A stretch of 54,504 bases of DNA from Acidobacteriaceae bacterium (GTDB lineage: Bacteria; Acidobacteriota; Terriglobia; Terriglobales; Acidobacteriaceae). The stretch lies in the NCBI GenBank assembly GCA_030038315.1, contig JASHPD010000033.1:1-54504 (forward strand), read 5' to 3'. The translations under genes and the position numbers were made by a program. Positions 36,510 to 47,106 of the stretch are shown here, one piece after another. The number at the start of each line of letters is the position of its first letter. Position 1 is the first letter of the stretch. The notes beneath the pieces were generated by a model. The model made no database searches and had not been told where the DNA came from. It saw only the letters and a list, made by a program, of their open reading frames with translations.

Positions 36510-37784
36510 GTGCAGGACTCAATGGTCACACAAATCTCACCCGTCGAGCAAACAGAACCCGTCTCACGCCCTTCCGGAGACCCGGCTGGAAAAAGCCGTC
36601 AAGGAGGCCGGATTTCTTTGCTCGACCTGCTCGCAATCCTTGCGGAGCAAAAGCGCCTTATCCTTTTGATCACTGTGGCCTTCACGGTCCTATCCGTGGT
36701 TGTTTCTCTTCTCCTTCCGGCGCGATATACGGCAAGAGCGACTCTTCTCCCACCGCAGCAGAGTTCTTCTCTAAGCACTGCTCTCTCAGCGCAGCTTGGA
36801 GATCTTGGAGGAGTCGCGGCTCTGGCGGGTGGAAGCCTTAGCCTTAAGAACCCCAATGACATGTATGTGGGTATGCTGACAAGCCGTACGGTCCAGGATG
36901 CCATGGTGACGGATTTCGGGTTAATGGCGGAGTATCACACTCACTATCTTTCCGATGCACGGAAGACATTTCAGCGTTATGCAACCGTGGATGGCAGCGG
37001 CAAGGACGGCCTCATTCATATTTCGGTCGAAGACCGGAATCCAAAACGCGCCGCAGAGCTTGCGAACGGCTATGTAACCGAGTTCCAGAGGCTTTCAGCT
37101 CATCTGGCAATCACTGAGGCATCGCAGCGGCGGCTCTTCTTTGAGCAGCAGCTTGAAGAGGCAAAAGATAACCTTGCGAACGCCGAAGAAGCGTTGAAAC
37201 AAACGGAGCAGAAGACCGGATTGATTCAGCTCGATAGTCAGGCGCGCGCACTGATCGAGTCTGTCGAATCGCTCCGTGCCCAAATCACCGCCAAGGAAGT
37301 GCAGCTTCAGGCGATGCAAACCTATGCCACAGGCGAAAACCCCCAATATATCGAGACCCAGAAAGAACTGGACGAGCTGCGCGCTCAGTTGGCGAAGCTG
37401 GGTGGATCGGAAAGCGGCTCAGACGCCAGCTTGATCGTACCGAAGGGGCAAGTTCCGGAAGCGAGCCTCGAGTACGTCCGGAGGCTTCGGGATGTTCGTT
37501 ATTACGAAACAATTTTTGACATCCTGGCGCGTCAGTTTGAGATTGCGAAGCTCGACGAAGCGCGGGAAGGAGCAATTATCCAGGTTGTCGATAAGGCAAT
37601 TCCTCCCGATCGGCGTTCATCCCCCAAGCGCAGTCTTATCGTCGCTGTTTCAACCGCCTTAGGTTTTTTGCTGGGAATCCTTGTCGCGCTGGTGAAGGCG
37701 AGCGTTGAAAACATGAAATCGCACGAGGAGACTTCATTCAAGCTCGAGCGGCTTCGACGGTCATTTTCCGGCTCAAAATCTTAA
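36510..37784 (+). CDS. Wzz/GumC-family chain-length determinant
   Basis: ISLLDLL, two terminal transmembrane segments, coiled coil, VVDKAIPPDRRSSPKR. Confidence 0.9.
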   Translation: MQDSMVTQISPVEQTEPVSRPSGDPAGKSRQGGRISLLDLLAILAEQKRLILLITVAFTVLSVVVSLLLPARYTARATLLPPQQSSSLSTALSAQLGDLGGVAALAGGSLSLKNPNDMYVGMLTSRTVQDAMVTDFGLMAEYHTHYLSDARKTFQRYATVDGSGKDGLIHISVEDRNPKRAAELANGYVTEFQRLSAHLAITEASQRRLFFEQQLEEAKDNLANAEEALKQTEQKTGLIQLDSQARALIESVESLRAQITAKEVQLQAMQTYATGENPQYIETQKELDELRAQLAKLGGSESGSDASLIVPKGQVPEASLEYVRRLRDVRYYETIFDILARQFEIAKLDEAREGAIIQVVDKAIPPDRRSSPKRSLIVAVSTALGFLLGILVALVKASVENMKSHEETSFKLERLRRSFSGSKS

Positions 37785-37934
37785 TCCATATCAGGCAGGC
37801 CAATGCGAATTGATTTCGATAGATGGTCGCGCTAATTGAGTTAGCCTGACTTACTTTAGAGGAAGTTCTTTCTGAAGAATCCTGCATCCATTCCACCGCA
37901 CGAATCTTCTTCGAAACCGGAGGAGATTGGGGAA

Positions 37935-39314
37935 TTGCCAAACCTCCAATCACAACAAAGCAAGACGTGGCGCAGCAGAATTAAACATATTACAGGCCTC
38001 GACTGGGCCATTGTATTCACGGCTTCTGCCAGAATTCTTCAGATTCTGGGCAGCACCGGAACTGTGCTCCTGATCGTCAGGTTCTTAACGCCCGTGGAGC
38101 AGGGTTACTACTATACGCTCTACAGTCTGGTGAGCCTCCAGGTCGTCTTCGAGCTTGGCTTTTCTTTCGTAATCCTTCAGTTGGCGGCCCACGAAACCCC
38201 GCACCTTAAGTTCCTGCCCGGAGGCCGTATTCAAGGTAGCGCCATCGCGCGAAGGCGCCTCGCCTCAGTCTTGCAGAAGGTTCGACGCTGGTACACTGCT
38301 GCAGCAGTCTTAATGTTTCTCCTTCTCGCTCCGGCAGGAATGTTTTTTTTTGCGCACCACAATCACGGCAACAAACCTGTGGAGTGGTTCCTTCCCTGGA
38401 CACTTCTCATTCTCATGTCCTCGCTGATGTTCCAGGTGGACCCTCTCTTTTCGTTTCTTGAGGGATGCGGGGAGGTGGCGGAAGTGGCGCACATGCGTAT
38501 GCGCCAGACGGTCACAGGTATTGCCTGCGCCTGGACAGCATTGATTAGCGGCCACGGACTCTTTGCGCCGGCCGCGACGCTGGTCGGGCATTTTTCTATG
38601 GGAGCGTTGTTCCTCTGGCCTCGCCGAAAGTTCCTGCTTATTCTGCTGCGAACGAATGCGGGGAAACATCACGTAAGCTGGGGCAAGGAAATCTGGCCCT
38701 TTCAGTGGAAGATCGCCGTCAGTTGGCTGTGTAATTATTTCACCGCCCAGATCTTCACTCCGGTGTTATTCAGTTTCTGCGGAGCCGTTGTTGCTGGCCA
38801 AATGGGCATGTCCATGAGCATCGTAGGCTCTCTGGGGACAATTTCGCTTGCCTGGATGACGACGAAGTCTGCGCCTTTCGGGATGATGATTCAACGCAAG
38901 CAGACAAAGCTCCTGAATGCACTATTCTTCAAGACACTCCTTCAATCGACCATTCTTATCACCACTGGCGCGGTTTGTTTAGTGGCCGGGGTAAGGTTGG
39001 TCGAGCAGTATTTCCCGAAGCTCGGCGCCCGTATGCTTCCGGTGCCGCTCTTCGCCCTGCTCGCCGTCACTGCAATCAGCATCCATATTGTGCAGAGCGA
39101 GGCTCTATTCCTGCGAGCCCACAAGACCGAGCCATTCCTGGTTCAGTCTATTGTGCTGGCATTCATGGTCTCAGGCGCCGCAGTCCTGTTTGCCCGCCGT
39201 TATGGTGAGGTCGGAGTGACCTTAGGGTATTTCGTAGCTATGGGATTGTTTGCTCTTGCCTCAGGAACGACGATCTTTCGGAGAAAACGCCGTGAGTGGG
39301 GTTACACCCAGTAA
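37935..39314 (+). CDS. Wzx-like flippase
   Basis: Many hydrophobic segments; EQGYYYT..FELG pattern; locus context. Confidence 0.8.
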   Translation: MPNLQSQQSKTWRSRIKHITGLDWAIVFTASARILQILGSTGTVLLIVRFLTPVEQGYYYTLYSLVSLQVVFELGFSFVILQLAAHETPHLKFLPGGRIQGSAIARRRLASVLQKVRRWYTAAAVLMFLLLAPAGMFFFAHHNHGNKPVEWFLPWTLLILMSSLMFQVDPLFSFLEGCGEVAEVAHMRMRQTVTGIACAWTALISGHGLFAPAATLVGHFSMGALFLWPRRKFLLILLRTNAGKHHVSWGKEIWPFQWKIAVSWLCNYFTAQIFTPVLFSFCGAVVAGQMGMSMSIVGSLGTISLAWMTTKSAPFGMMIQRKQTKLLNALFFKTLLQSTILITTGAVCLVAGVRLVEQYFPKLGARMLPVPLFALLAVTAISIHIVQSEALFLRAHKTEPFLVQSIVLAFMVSGAAVLFARRYGEVGVTLGYFVAMGLFALASGTTIFRRKRREWGYTQ

Positions 39315-39376
39315 AATGCGGCCAGCACGTTAAGCAGCTCCAGCAATGCCTGTAACCTTAACACTAGGCAATAAAG

Positions 39377-40816
39377 GTGACCAGTCGCGTGAGTTTGAGT
39401 CAGCAACAATCAGGATGTTTGCCAGTTGCGATAGAGGCAGCGGCATGGCTATCTGCGCTTACTCTGGGCGTCCTTTTGGTTGTGCTGAATGTGCTGGGCA
39501 TCCGCGGTGCGTCGTTGCTCTGCATCCTCTTTATAATTGGGCTCATTTATGCGGCGTGGCGCAATTTCGATGGAGGTCGCCATCCTTGCTTTCTCTTCCT
39601 TGGCATGTTGTTCGTCTTTCAGTGCGGAAGATTGCCGGGCTTCTGGACAGGCTTTCCCGATGACCCATTTATGGCCAGCGGCATGTTTCCTTTTTCAGTA
39701 AGTCTGCCCAGTCAGGAGATCACGTTACTTTTAATTGCTGGATCAGCACTCTTCATTTATATACCGTCCCGATTTACGTATAAGCCAATTGTTTTTACTG
39801 CCGGGATCGAGCAACAATGGCTTCAACCCCTCTATCTGCTGTTGTTGCTGACACTCCCATTTGCGGCCTACAAAAACTATATCTATTTGAGTTTCGTTCG
39901 CAGCCATGGCGGCTATATGGCCATCTATACCGAATCGAAAGCCCTGTTGCAAAGCGCAGGAATCTTAGTACGGTCGGTCGCTATTGTTGGCACAACCGTT
40001 CTACTTTTGCTCTATACGTTCGAGCGGAGAAAGAGATATCTGCTTCTTCTCCTATCGCTGTTCTTTGCGGTATCGACAATGGACTTGCTCATTGGACTTC
40101 GAGGAAAGTTCTTTGTCCAGATTCTTCTTTTGTGGTATGTCCATAACCTCAAAACAGGCAAAAAGTTCAATTTCGCTCCGCTTCTTTCGGCTGCGGCTGT
40201 TATTAGCCTTCTAGCTGCGCTGATTGTTGGATTTCGCACAGAAGGAGAGTTGGATATGGTCGGGCCTCTGGGGTTTCTGTCGAGTCAGGGCGTCTCCATG
40301 AATGTAACTGAGCTGGCTGTCGACAATCGCTCTCTCTTTGCCCCCCGGGCAGGTCGCTATCTGTTCAACGAGGTCCTGGATGCTTTCTCGGCCAATGAGG
40401 CATCTCTACCGGGAAGCAATTTTGACGCCGACCTGAGCGTATTCCTTAATCCGGTATCCGCAGGCGCGGGGTACGGTACAGGCTCATCCTATTTAGCCGA
40501 AGCCTATTTGTTTGGAGGAATCGCCGGTGTAATGACGGCTTCGTTCCTCATCGGCCTTTGCCTTTCTTGGCTTCATTATTGGAGCCGGACATGGGTTGGG
40601 TCCATACTGTTAATAACATCCTTGGGATGGATCATTTACATGCCTCGCATGGGGTTAATCTCACCATTCTCTCTGACAGTCAGAGGATTGATGGTTGTTG
40701 GAGTCGCTGCAGTCCTTGCGATTCCTATCGCAGCCTTCCTGCGGCTTTGCAGCACGCTCAGCACGGTTGATTTTCCCGCGAATGGCGTACTAACTCCGTA
40801 CGCTAAAGGTAAGTAA
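39377..40816 (+). CDS. Wzy-like polysaccharide polymerase
   Basis: Polytopic membrane protein with GLRG and GYGTGSSYLAEAY loop motifs. Confidence 0.8.
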   Translation: MTSRVSLSQQQSGCLPVAIEAAAWLSALTLGVLLVVLNVLGIRGASLLCILFIIGLIYAAWRNFDGGRHPCFLFLGMLFVFQCGRLPGFWTGFPDDPFMASGMFPFSVSLPSQEITLLLIAGSALFIYIPSRFTYKPIVFTAGIEQQWLQPLYLLLLLTLPFAAYKNYIYLSFVRSHGGYMAIYTESKALLQSAGILVRSVAIVGTTVLLLLYTFERRKRYLLLLLSLFFAVSTMDLLIGLRGKFFVQILLLWYVHNLKTGKKFNFAPLLSAAAVISLLAALIVGFRTEGELDMVGPLGFLSSQGVSMNVTELAVDNRSLFAPRAGRYLFNEVLDAFSANEASLPGSNFDADLSVFLNPVSAGAGYGTGSSYLAEAYLFGGIAGVMTASFLIGLCLSWLHYWSRTWVGSILLITSLGWIIYMPRMGLISPFSLTVRGLMVVGVAAVLAIPIAAFLRLCSTLSTVDFPANGVLTPYAKGK

Positions 40817-40852
40817 AAGGACGATGGCTCTCGCACAAGGAACTCGCTCCGC

Positions 40853-42049
40853 ATGAAGCGTAGGTACACGATCTTTATCAACCATCCATCTCATGGACTC
40901 ACCAATTCTGAACCTTGGGGAGATGGTCTGATTGCCTATCAATTTATCGACCGTTTAGCACGACGGGGGCATCAGCTCTACATTGCAACCCCCATTGCGA
41001 AGCTGCGCGGCCCCTTGCAACCGGCTGCGCACCTCCATTTCGTGAAGACATGGAGCAAGTATGAAGTAGCCTATCCTTCATGGAAGCATCGCATCGAATA
41101 CGCCCTTCGTGTGCGGCATCTCTTCCAAAAGCTTCAGAAGCAAATAACGTTTGACATCATCCACCAACTGAATCCGGTGACAAGCGGGGTGAACCTCTTT
41201 CTCCCCACCGGCGGCATACCGTTTGTGACCGGCTTGGTTTGGCCTCAGTGGCCTTCCGCAACGCCACAATCCGGGTTCATAGCGGCGTGCCTCAAAGCGG
41301 CAAGAAATCTTCTCCGCTGGGAACTCTTCCGAAGAGCAGCTTGCATCCTGATCGCAGTTCCAGGCGCGCGAGAGGTTCTCCCTGACTCTCCTTCGATTCA
41401 ATCACGAGTCAAATTACTGCACTGCGGCATCGACACCAGCCATTTCACACCCTCTACAAATCCAACAACCGTGAAAGACTTCGATCCGCATATCCTGTTT
41501 CTAGCCACTCTCAGCCGGAATAAAGGGATCTACGTTCTGTTAGAGGCCTTTGAGTCTGTCGTAAAGCATGTGCCCATGGCCCGCCTGACGATTGCCGGTG
41601 ACGGTCCGGAACGGGAAGGAGTTAAGAAGGCGACAGAGAGATCGTCTGCTGTAGATCGTATAACCATGGTCGGCTCAATTGGGCGTGATAAGGTTGCTGA
41701 CGCTTTCCGATCCTGCGCTGTTTATTGTCTGCCGTCGTTTGGCGAGCCATTTGGACTGTCTGCTCTGGAGGCAATGTCGTGTGGCAAACCTGTCGTAGTT
41801 ACCGCCGCCGGAGGACTGGATTATCTTGTCGATAACCAGGGAGGAGCAAAAGTCCCAGCCGGTGATGCGAAGATGCTGGCAGATGCGCTCATTCGGCTTC
41901 TCCAGAATCCTCTCCTCTGTCAGCAAGCTGGAACTCACAATCGCGAAGTCGTCACTTCTCACTATGATTGGGAAGTTGTGATCGATAAACTGGAACAGAT
42001 ATACGAATCAACTATCCAGGATCGTCATGCAGCTACGAATCGAGATTGA
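40853..42049 (+). CDS. Glycosyltransferase family 4
   Basis: KGI..LLEAF, LPSFGEPFGLSALEAMSCG. Confidence 0.92.
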   Translation: MKRRYTIFINHPSHGLTNSEPWGDGLIAYQFIDRLARRGHQLYIATPIAKLRGPLQPAAHLHFVKTWSKYEVAYPSWKHRIEYALRVRHLFQKLQKQITFDIIHQLNPVTSGVNLFLPTGGIPFVTGLVWPQWPSATPQSGFIAACLKAARNLLRWELFRRAACILIAVPGAREVLPDSPSIQSRVKLLHCGIDTSHFTPSTNPTTVKDFDPHILFLATLSRNKGIYVLLEAFESVVKHVPMARLTIAGDGPEREGVKKATERSSAVDRITMVGSIGRDKVADAFRSCAVYCLPSFGEPFGLSALEAMSCGKPVVVTAAGGLDYLVDNQGGAKVPAGDAKMLADALIRLLQNPLLCQQAGTHNREVVTSHYDWEVVIDKLEQIYESTIQDRHAATNRD

Positions 42050-42181
42050 AGTCGAATTCGGAAAGGGGTCAATCGTACCTATGAAGGATCAGACGGGCTC
42101 TAATACCGCCGTCGACCTTTCTGATCCGCTGCAAACGGCATGTGGGTCTACAGCCAGCGCTCTGCTGGCGAGGAATTCTGT

Positions 42182-43267
42182 GTGATAAGAAGAATTCTTC
42201 TCGTGAGTGTCACCCCTTTCTTCGGAGGCGGAGAAGTTCACTTTGTCAAATTGGTGCGGCTGCTGTCTGAACGTTATCATGTGCGCGCGCTTGTCGTTTC
42301 CTCTGAGGCTGCCCAGCGTCTTCATGACTCGGGGCTGGACGTGGTAAAAACCCCATGCAGGGAAAGGACCTCAGCTCCCATGCGGTATATCAATACCGCA
42401 TGGGAGCTTCTGCATCAGATTCGGACCTTTCGACCTCAAATCGTCCATCTGAATGGACAAGGAGAAAGCTATCTATCTTCTATCCCATGGCTCCTTGGAG
42501 TTCCCATCATTTGTACTCGGCATGTTCCCTTCAACGAGCATATTCGAGGTATCCGTCGCCTGCTCGTTGTCATAAATTTATGCTTGGCGAACCACATAGT
42601 CTGCGTGTCTAGTCTTCTTCGAACACAGCTTTCGAAGGTCGTCTCACCCGATAAACTTGTCGTTATTCCCAACTGGCTCGATCCGGCTCCCGACCCCGTA
42701 CAACACATGCAAAACGGAACAGGGAAGCCTTTTCGTATCCTCTTTGTCGGCAGAATCGAAACCATCAAGGGTATCTTCGATTTAATCGAGGCCATGCGTC
42801 AGGTAAAAAATGCAACACTTGATGTAGTCGGGACAGGCAGCCAGATGGATGCGGCGCGCTCTGCGGCGGCTGGTTTACCGATTACCTTTCACGGATTCCA
42901 GGCAGATTGCGGGCCTTATTATCGAGCTGCCAATTTGCTGGTGTTTCCATCGCATCCTGATCTCGAAGGCCAGGGACAGGTTCCATTTGAAGCAATGGCG
43001 CATGGTTTGCCGTGCCTGATTAGCGATATTGAGGTCGCCTTGGAGACTGCGGATAACGGCGCTTGCGCAGAGGTCTTTCCTTGCGGCAATAGTGCTGAGA
43101 TGGCCCGGAAGATTACGTGTCTTCAATCCGATCCGGCGCGCTTGGAAGAGCTTCGGAGTCTTGGCCTTGCCCGTTTCTTGTCGACCTACACCGTCGATTC
43201 GATTCGTGAGCCTTACTTCCAATTGTTCGACTCGCTTATGCCACAGAAAACGGAACAGCCTTCATGA
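42182..43267 (+). CDS. Glycosyltransferase family 4
   Basis: GGGE, FVGRI..KG, EGQGQVPFEAMAHG. Confidence 0.9.
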   Translation: MIRRILLVSVTPFFGGGEVHFVKLVRLLSERYHVRALVVSSEAAQRLHDSGLDVVKTPCRERTSAPMRYINTAWELLHQIRTFRPQIVHLNGQGESYLSSIPWLLGVPIICTRHVPFNEHIRGIRRLLVVINLCLANHIVCVSSLLRTQLSKVVSPDKLVVIPNWLDPAPDPVQHMQNGTGKPFRILFVGRIETIKGIFDLIEAMRQVKNATLDVVGTGSQMDAARSAAAGLPITFHGFQADCGPYYRAANLLVFPSHPDLEGQGQVPFEAMAHGLPCLISDIEVALETADNGACAEVFPCGNSAEMARKITCLQSDPARLEELRSLGLARFLSTYTVDSIREPYFQLFDSLMPQKTEQPS

Positions 43268-44004
43268 AGCAAACTTGGAAAGATCGTCTCTATCAATCCT
43301 ATGTATCGAGCGGACAGGCGACATTGTCGGCCATAGGTGCCAATTCTGCGGAGTCGGTATATTCGCGTCAGGGCCCTTTCTTGAGATATAGCGTCAAAAG
43401 GTTTCTTGGCTCCGACCGCCAAGCGAGAATTGTGGACCTTGGCTGCGGGCACGGTGGGCTACTGTACTGGCTCCGTCGAGCTGGCTTTCAGAACATTCAA
43501 GGAGTAGACGGATCTGCGGAGCAAATTGCGCTGGCCCATCGCTGCGGAGTTCATGAAGCGCAGTTGCAGACAATGGACTCTTTCCTGCAACAGGCTCCCA
43601 CGGAATCATACGATGTGGTTCTCCTATTTGACGTGCTCGAACACCTCACCGGAGAAGAGATTTTCCAGATTCTCGACGACGTATATCGAATCCTTCGCCT
43701 CGGGGGACGGTGTATCCTGCATCTTCCCAATGCGGAAGGCATCCATGGTTTGCGCTCCCGTTATGACGACTTTACACACGAGCAATCTTTTACTCCACGC
43801 TCGCTGCGTCAGATTTTCTCAACGATCGGATTCTCAGGCGTCGAATGCTTTGAAGACAGACCTCGCGTTCATGGCTTTGCCAGTTTGGCCCGGCGAGTCA
43901 TCTGGGAGCTTGGAACTCTACCTCACCGCCTGCTGTTAGCTGCGGAAGCGGGCGAAACCGGCTTCATCCTCTCAAACAACATGACCGCGATTGCACGCAA
44001 GTGA
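43264..44004 (+). CDS. Class I SAM-dependent methyltransferase
   Basis: VDLGCGHG, GVDGS, DVLEHL, DFTHE. Confidence 0.92.
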   Translation: MKQTWKDRLYQSYVSSGQATLSAIGANSAESVYSRQGPFLRYSVKRFLGSDRQARIVDLGCGHGGLLYWLRRAGFQNIQGVDGSAEQIALAHRCGVHEAQLQTMDSFLQQAPTESYDVVLLFDVLEHLTGEEIFQILDDVYRILRLGGRCILHLPNAEGIHGLRSRYDDFTHEQSFTPRSLRQIFSTIGFSGVECFEDRPRVHGFASLARRVIWELGTLPHRLLLAAEAGETGFILSNNMTAIARK

Positions 44005-44077
44005 ATGCGCCTGTTCTGAAGAGAATACTCACGAGACCGAATGAAACTGCGGGTTACGATCTAGGAGAATCCAGGTC

Positions 44078-44809
44078 ATGGCAAGTTTGTTGCGATTTCT
44101 GAATAAACCCGAGTATATGTTTCGGCCCAGAGCAATTTTTCGTCGAACCGCACGAGCGCTGAGACTCAGAAAAACGAGCAATGTGCGAAAGGTAGTCTTG
44201 CCTTGGGATTTCCTATCGAGGTCGATACGGGGGAGTTTATTGGAGAGGTCCTTTCCGACTGCGGAACGGGAGCATGACAGTTCCGATGAGCGCCCTATCG
44301 AGATCGAAGTTGCGACAACCACACTCGATGCAGTGTTAGGGCAATACAACGAACCTGTAGGCGTACTGAAGATCGACATTGAAGGTCATGAACGGAGTGT
44401 GTTCTCAGCCAGCCAGAAGTCGCTCCTCGCGGGAAAGGTTAGAGATATCATATTCGAAGATTCTTGCGGCATCGATTCGGGGTAGTGGTTCAGTTTGGAA
44501 GCAGGGGCTAAAGCCCGGTTGTTTTATGCGATTCATTCGGCACGACTAAAGTCGTGCCCTGACACAAAACAAATTCAAATTGACCCACTACTCGATTCGG
44601 AGGTAGCGCACCTTCTTTCTATGGCAGGCTATACAATCTTTGGATTGAATCGGACACCAGCCGGTCCGGTACTTTTGGACAAAAAGACCTATGATAACTG
44701 GTTTTTTGCTGCATCACGATCTGGTAATTATCTGGCAACTCGTAATCCTGTTCGCGCCCATCAATGTTTTGCTGGTGGTGGATTCAGGTGCCTGCGAGTG
44801 GGGCGTTAG
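44078..44809 (+). pseudogene. FkbM-family methyltransferase pseudogene
   Basis: TTLD..VLKIDIEGHE motif; two in-frame halves split by a 120-bp insertion containing TAG; no N-terminal SAM motif visible. Confidence 0.8.
44481..44592. mobile_element. MITE, family B, with TIRs and target-site duplication
   Basis: GTAGTGGTTCAGTTTG / CAAATTGACCCACTAC TIR (14/16); flanking (T)CGATTCGG duplicated at 44472-44480 and 44592-44600. Confidence 0.88.
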
Positions 44810-44875
44810 GCTCGATCACGTGTGCGCATCGCGGAAAGAATGCACTGTTTGGTCTGAAGAGTGAAAGGCCGATCA

Positions 44876-45991
44876 ATGACACTCAGAATTGCCATTGATG
44901 GACGGGTCGCTCTGCATACCCGCACGGGCTTTGGAACGATTTGCCACCAGGTCTTGCGCCGTATCACCACCGTGGATATTGAGAACCGCTATTTCTTCTA
45001 TTTTGACCGCGACCCGGGCGATGCGATTCATGCGTATCCTTCGGAAGGGTACGCTTTCGGCGGTTCCTCAGAAGAACTTATCTGGTGTAATACATTTCTG
45101 CCTCGCCAGATGAAGCGGGACAGGATTGACGTCTATGTGACATTTCTCGATAAAGAGATTCCGTATTTTCCGCTTTCGGCAAAAGTGATTTCAATGGTGC
45201 ACGATTTGGCGCGAATCACCTTCCCCGAGCCGGACAGCTATCGCAATCTCGCGCACAAACTTTATTACAACGCCTTGATCCGCGCTTCGGTTTGGCGTTC
45301 AAATCTCGTTCTGACAAACTCCGAATTCTCGAAGCAGGAGATTGTGAGCGCCTTGTCAGCCGACCCGCGCAAGATTCGCAAAATCACGCTTGGTGTGGAT
45401 GCTGCCCGTTCTCAGGATCAACTGGCATCGACTGCAATCCTTCGGAAATACGGCATAACATTCCCCTATATCCTGGCTCTCGGGTCCGCCACACCGAACA
45501 AGAACAATGTAACTGTGATTAAGGCCTTCCGACAGATCGAAGGACAATTCCCCGGCCTGCGCTTGGTCATCGGCGGCAAGAACTGGCTTGGAAAGTCGTT
45601 TCCTCCTGAGTTGTTGGACGAAAAAGTGGTACTCCCGGGGTTTATCGAGGACGCCGACTTGCCTGTTCTATTCAGCGGCGCACAGTTATTTGCATTTCCG
45701 TCCATTCACGAAGGTTTCGGTCTTCCCGTAATTGAGGCAATGGCACATGGCGTACCCGTTATCACGTCGAACGTCACGGCTTTGCCCGAGATTGGAGGAG
45801 ACGCAGCGCTCTATGTTGATCCTGCTTCCGTTTCGGAATTGGCAGAGAAGATGGCCCTTGTCCTCTCGCGAGTCGAAGTGGCGGAAAAGATGAAGCAGAA
45901 AGGCCTTGCGCGCGCGCAGTCTTTTCGCTGGGAAACCACATGCGAAGAGATTGCGGCCGCGTGCAAAGAACTTTGCGGAAGCGCGGAATGA
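44876..45991 (+). CDS. Glycosyltransferase family 4 (mannosyltransferase-like)
   Basis: RIAIDGR, VHDL, TNSEFSK, FPSIHEGFGLPVIEAM. Confidence 0.92.
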   Translation: MTLRIAIDGRVALHTRTGFGTICHQVLRRITTVDIENRYFFYFDRDPGDAIHAYPSEGYAFGGSSEELIWCNTFLPRQMKRDRIDVYVTFLDKEIPYFPLSAKVISMVHDLARITFPEPDSYRNLAHKLYYNALIRASVWRSNLVLTNSEFSKQEIVSALSADPRKIRKITLGVDAARSQDQLASTAILRKYGITFPYILALGSATPNKNNVTVIKAFRQIEGQFPGLRLVIGGKNWLGKSFPPELLDEKVVLPGFIEDADLPVLFSGAQLFAFPSIHEGFGLPVIEAMAHGVPVITSNVTALPEIGGDAALYVDPASVSELAEKMALVLSRVEVAEKMKQKGLARAQSFRWETTCEEIAAACKELCGSAE

Positions 45992-47094
45992 GGCAATCCT
46001 TGCGTATCGCCTACGACGCTCGACTTGCGATTGGAGAATACCGCGGGATGGGGAGTTTCCTGCGTCAGCTCATTGCGGGACACGAAAAGGATTTTATCGG
46101 CCTTTGTGCCCGCGGCGAGCAGGATCGCTCCCTCGCACTGATAGCCTCGGGTTTCAGGCCATATCCACTTTGGGAGCAGATATCTCTTCCCGGATTGCTG
46201 CGAGAGCAAAGCGTGGATGCTTTCCTCGCTCCTTACAATACGGCCCCATTGTGTCTACCTGACAATCTCAAATTAGTGCTGGTGGTACACGACCTGATCT
46301 TCATGGAGCCTCTGCCGCTCTCCCGCTCGCTCTATCAAAATGCCGGGCGCTTCTATCGCAGGCTTATCGTGCCGGCGGCAGTTCGGCGCGCAGATTTACT
46401 CCTTACTGTGTCAAACTTCACAGCGCGCCTGCTGGCCTCGCGATTCAAAATCGGCCGGGAGCGGATACGTGTGGTTCCAAATAGCCTCAGTGAGGTGTGG
46501 TTTGATGAGAAATCCTGCGCTGCGCCTGCAGAACGTTATGTGTTTATGGTGGCCGGAGAAGCTCCCAGCAAAAACTTGAGGCGCGCAATCAGCGCATTCG
46601 CTCAATGCCGGAACCTTGAAAAAGATCCTGGCCTGAGGCTTAAAGTCGCGGGAGTGAAAACCGCATTCCACCCCGCTTTTCAAAACGTGGCCCGGGAATG
46701 CGGTGTCGCTGACCGGATTGACTTCCTGGGATATATTCCTGACTCCGAGATGCGCAGCCTTTATCGAAATGCCGCGTTGTTTGTCATGCCATCGCTCTCT
46801 GAGGGTTTTGGGATTCCTATTCTCGAGGCGATGGCAAGCGGAGCTCCGGTAGCAGCCAGCGATCGTACCTGTTTACCGGAGGTCGGCGGGGATGCGGCTC
46901 TCTATTTCGATCCGGAGTCGGTGGAGCAAATGGCTAAAATCATGCACCAGATTCTTTCGAATCCATCCCTGAGAGATCGGATGTCGGAGTCGGGCCGTGA
47001 ACAATCGCGGAAATTCCATCCTGATCGTGTTCATGCAGGGATTGCCGCTCTCTGGTTAGAGCTTGATACGCGGATCAAGCGCACTGCACGGTGA
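45988..47094 (+). CDS. Glycosyltransferase family 4 (mannosyltransferase-like)
   Basis: RIAYDAR, VHDLIF, PSLSEGFGIPILEAM; ATGA overlap with the upstream gene. Confidence 0.92.
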   Translation: MRQSLRIAYDARLAIGEYRGMGSFLRQLIAGHEKDFIGLCARGEQDRSLALIASGFRPYPLWEQISLPGLLREQSVDAFLAPYNTAPLCLPDNLKLVLVVHDLIFMEPLPLSRSLYQNAGRFYRRLIVPAAVRRADLLLTVSNFTARLLASRFKIGRERIRVVPNSLSEVWFDEKSCAAPAERYVFMVAGEAPSKNLRRAISAFAQCRNLEKDPGLRLKVAGVKTAFHPAFQNVARECGVADRIDFLGYIPDSEMRSLYRNAALFVMPSLSEGFGIPILEAMASGAPVAASDRTCLPEVGGDAALYFDPESVEQMAKIMHQILSNPSLRDRMSESGREQSRKFHPDRVHAGIAALWLELDTRIKRTAR

Positions 47095-47106
47095 GGCGGT
47101 TTCAAG

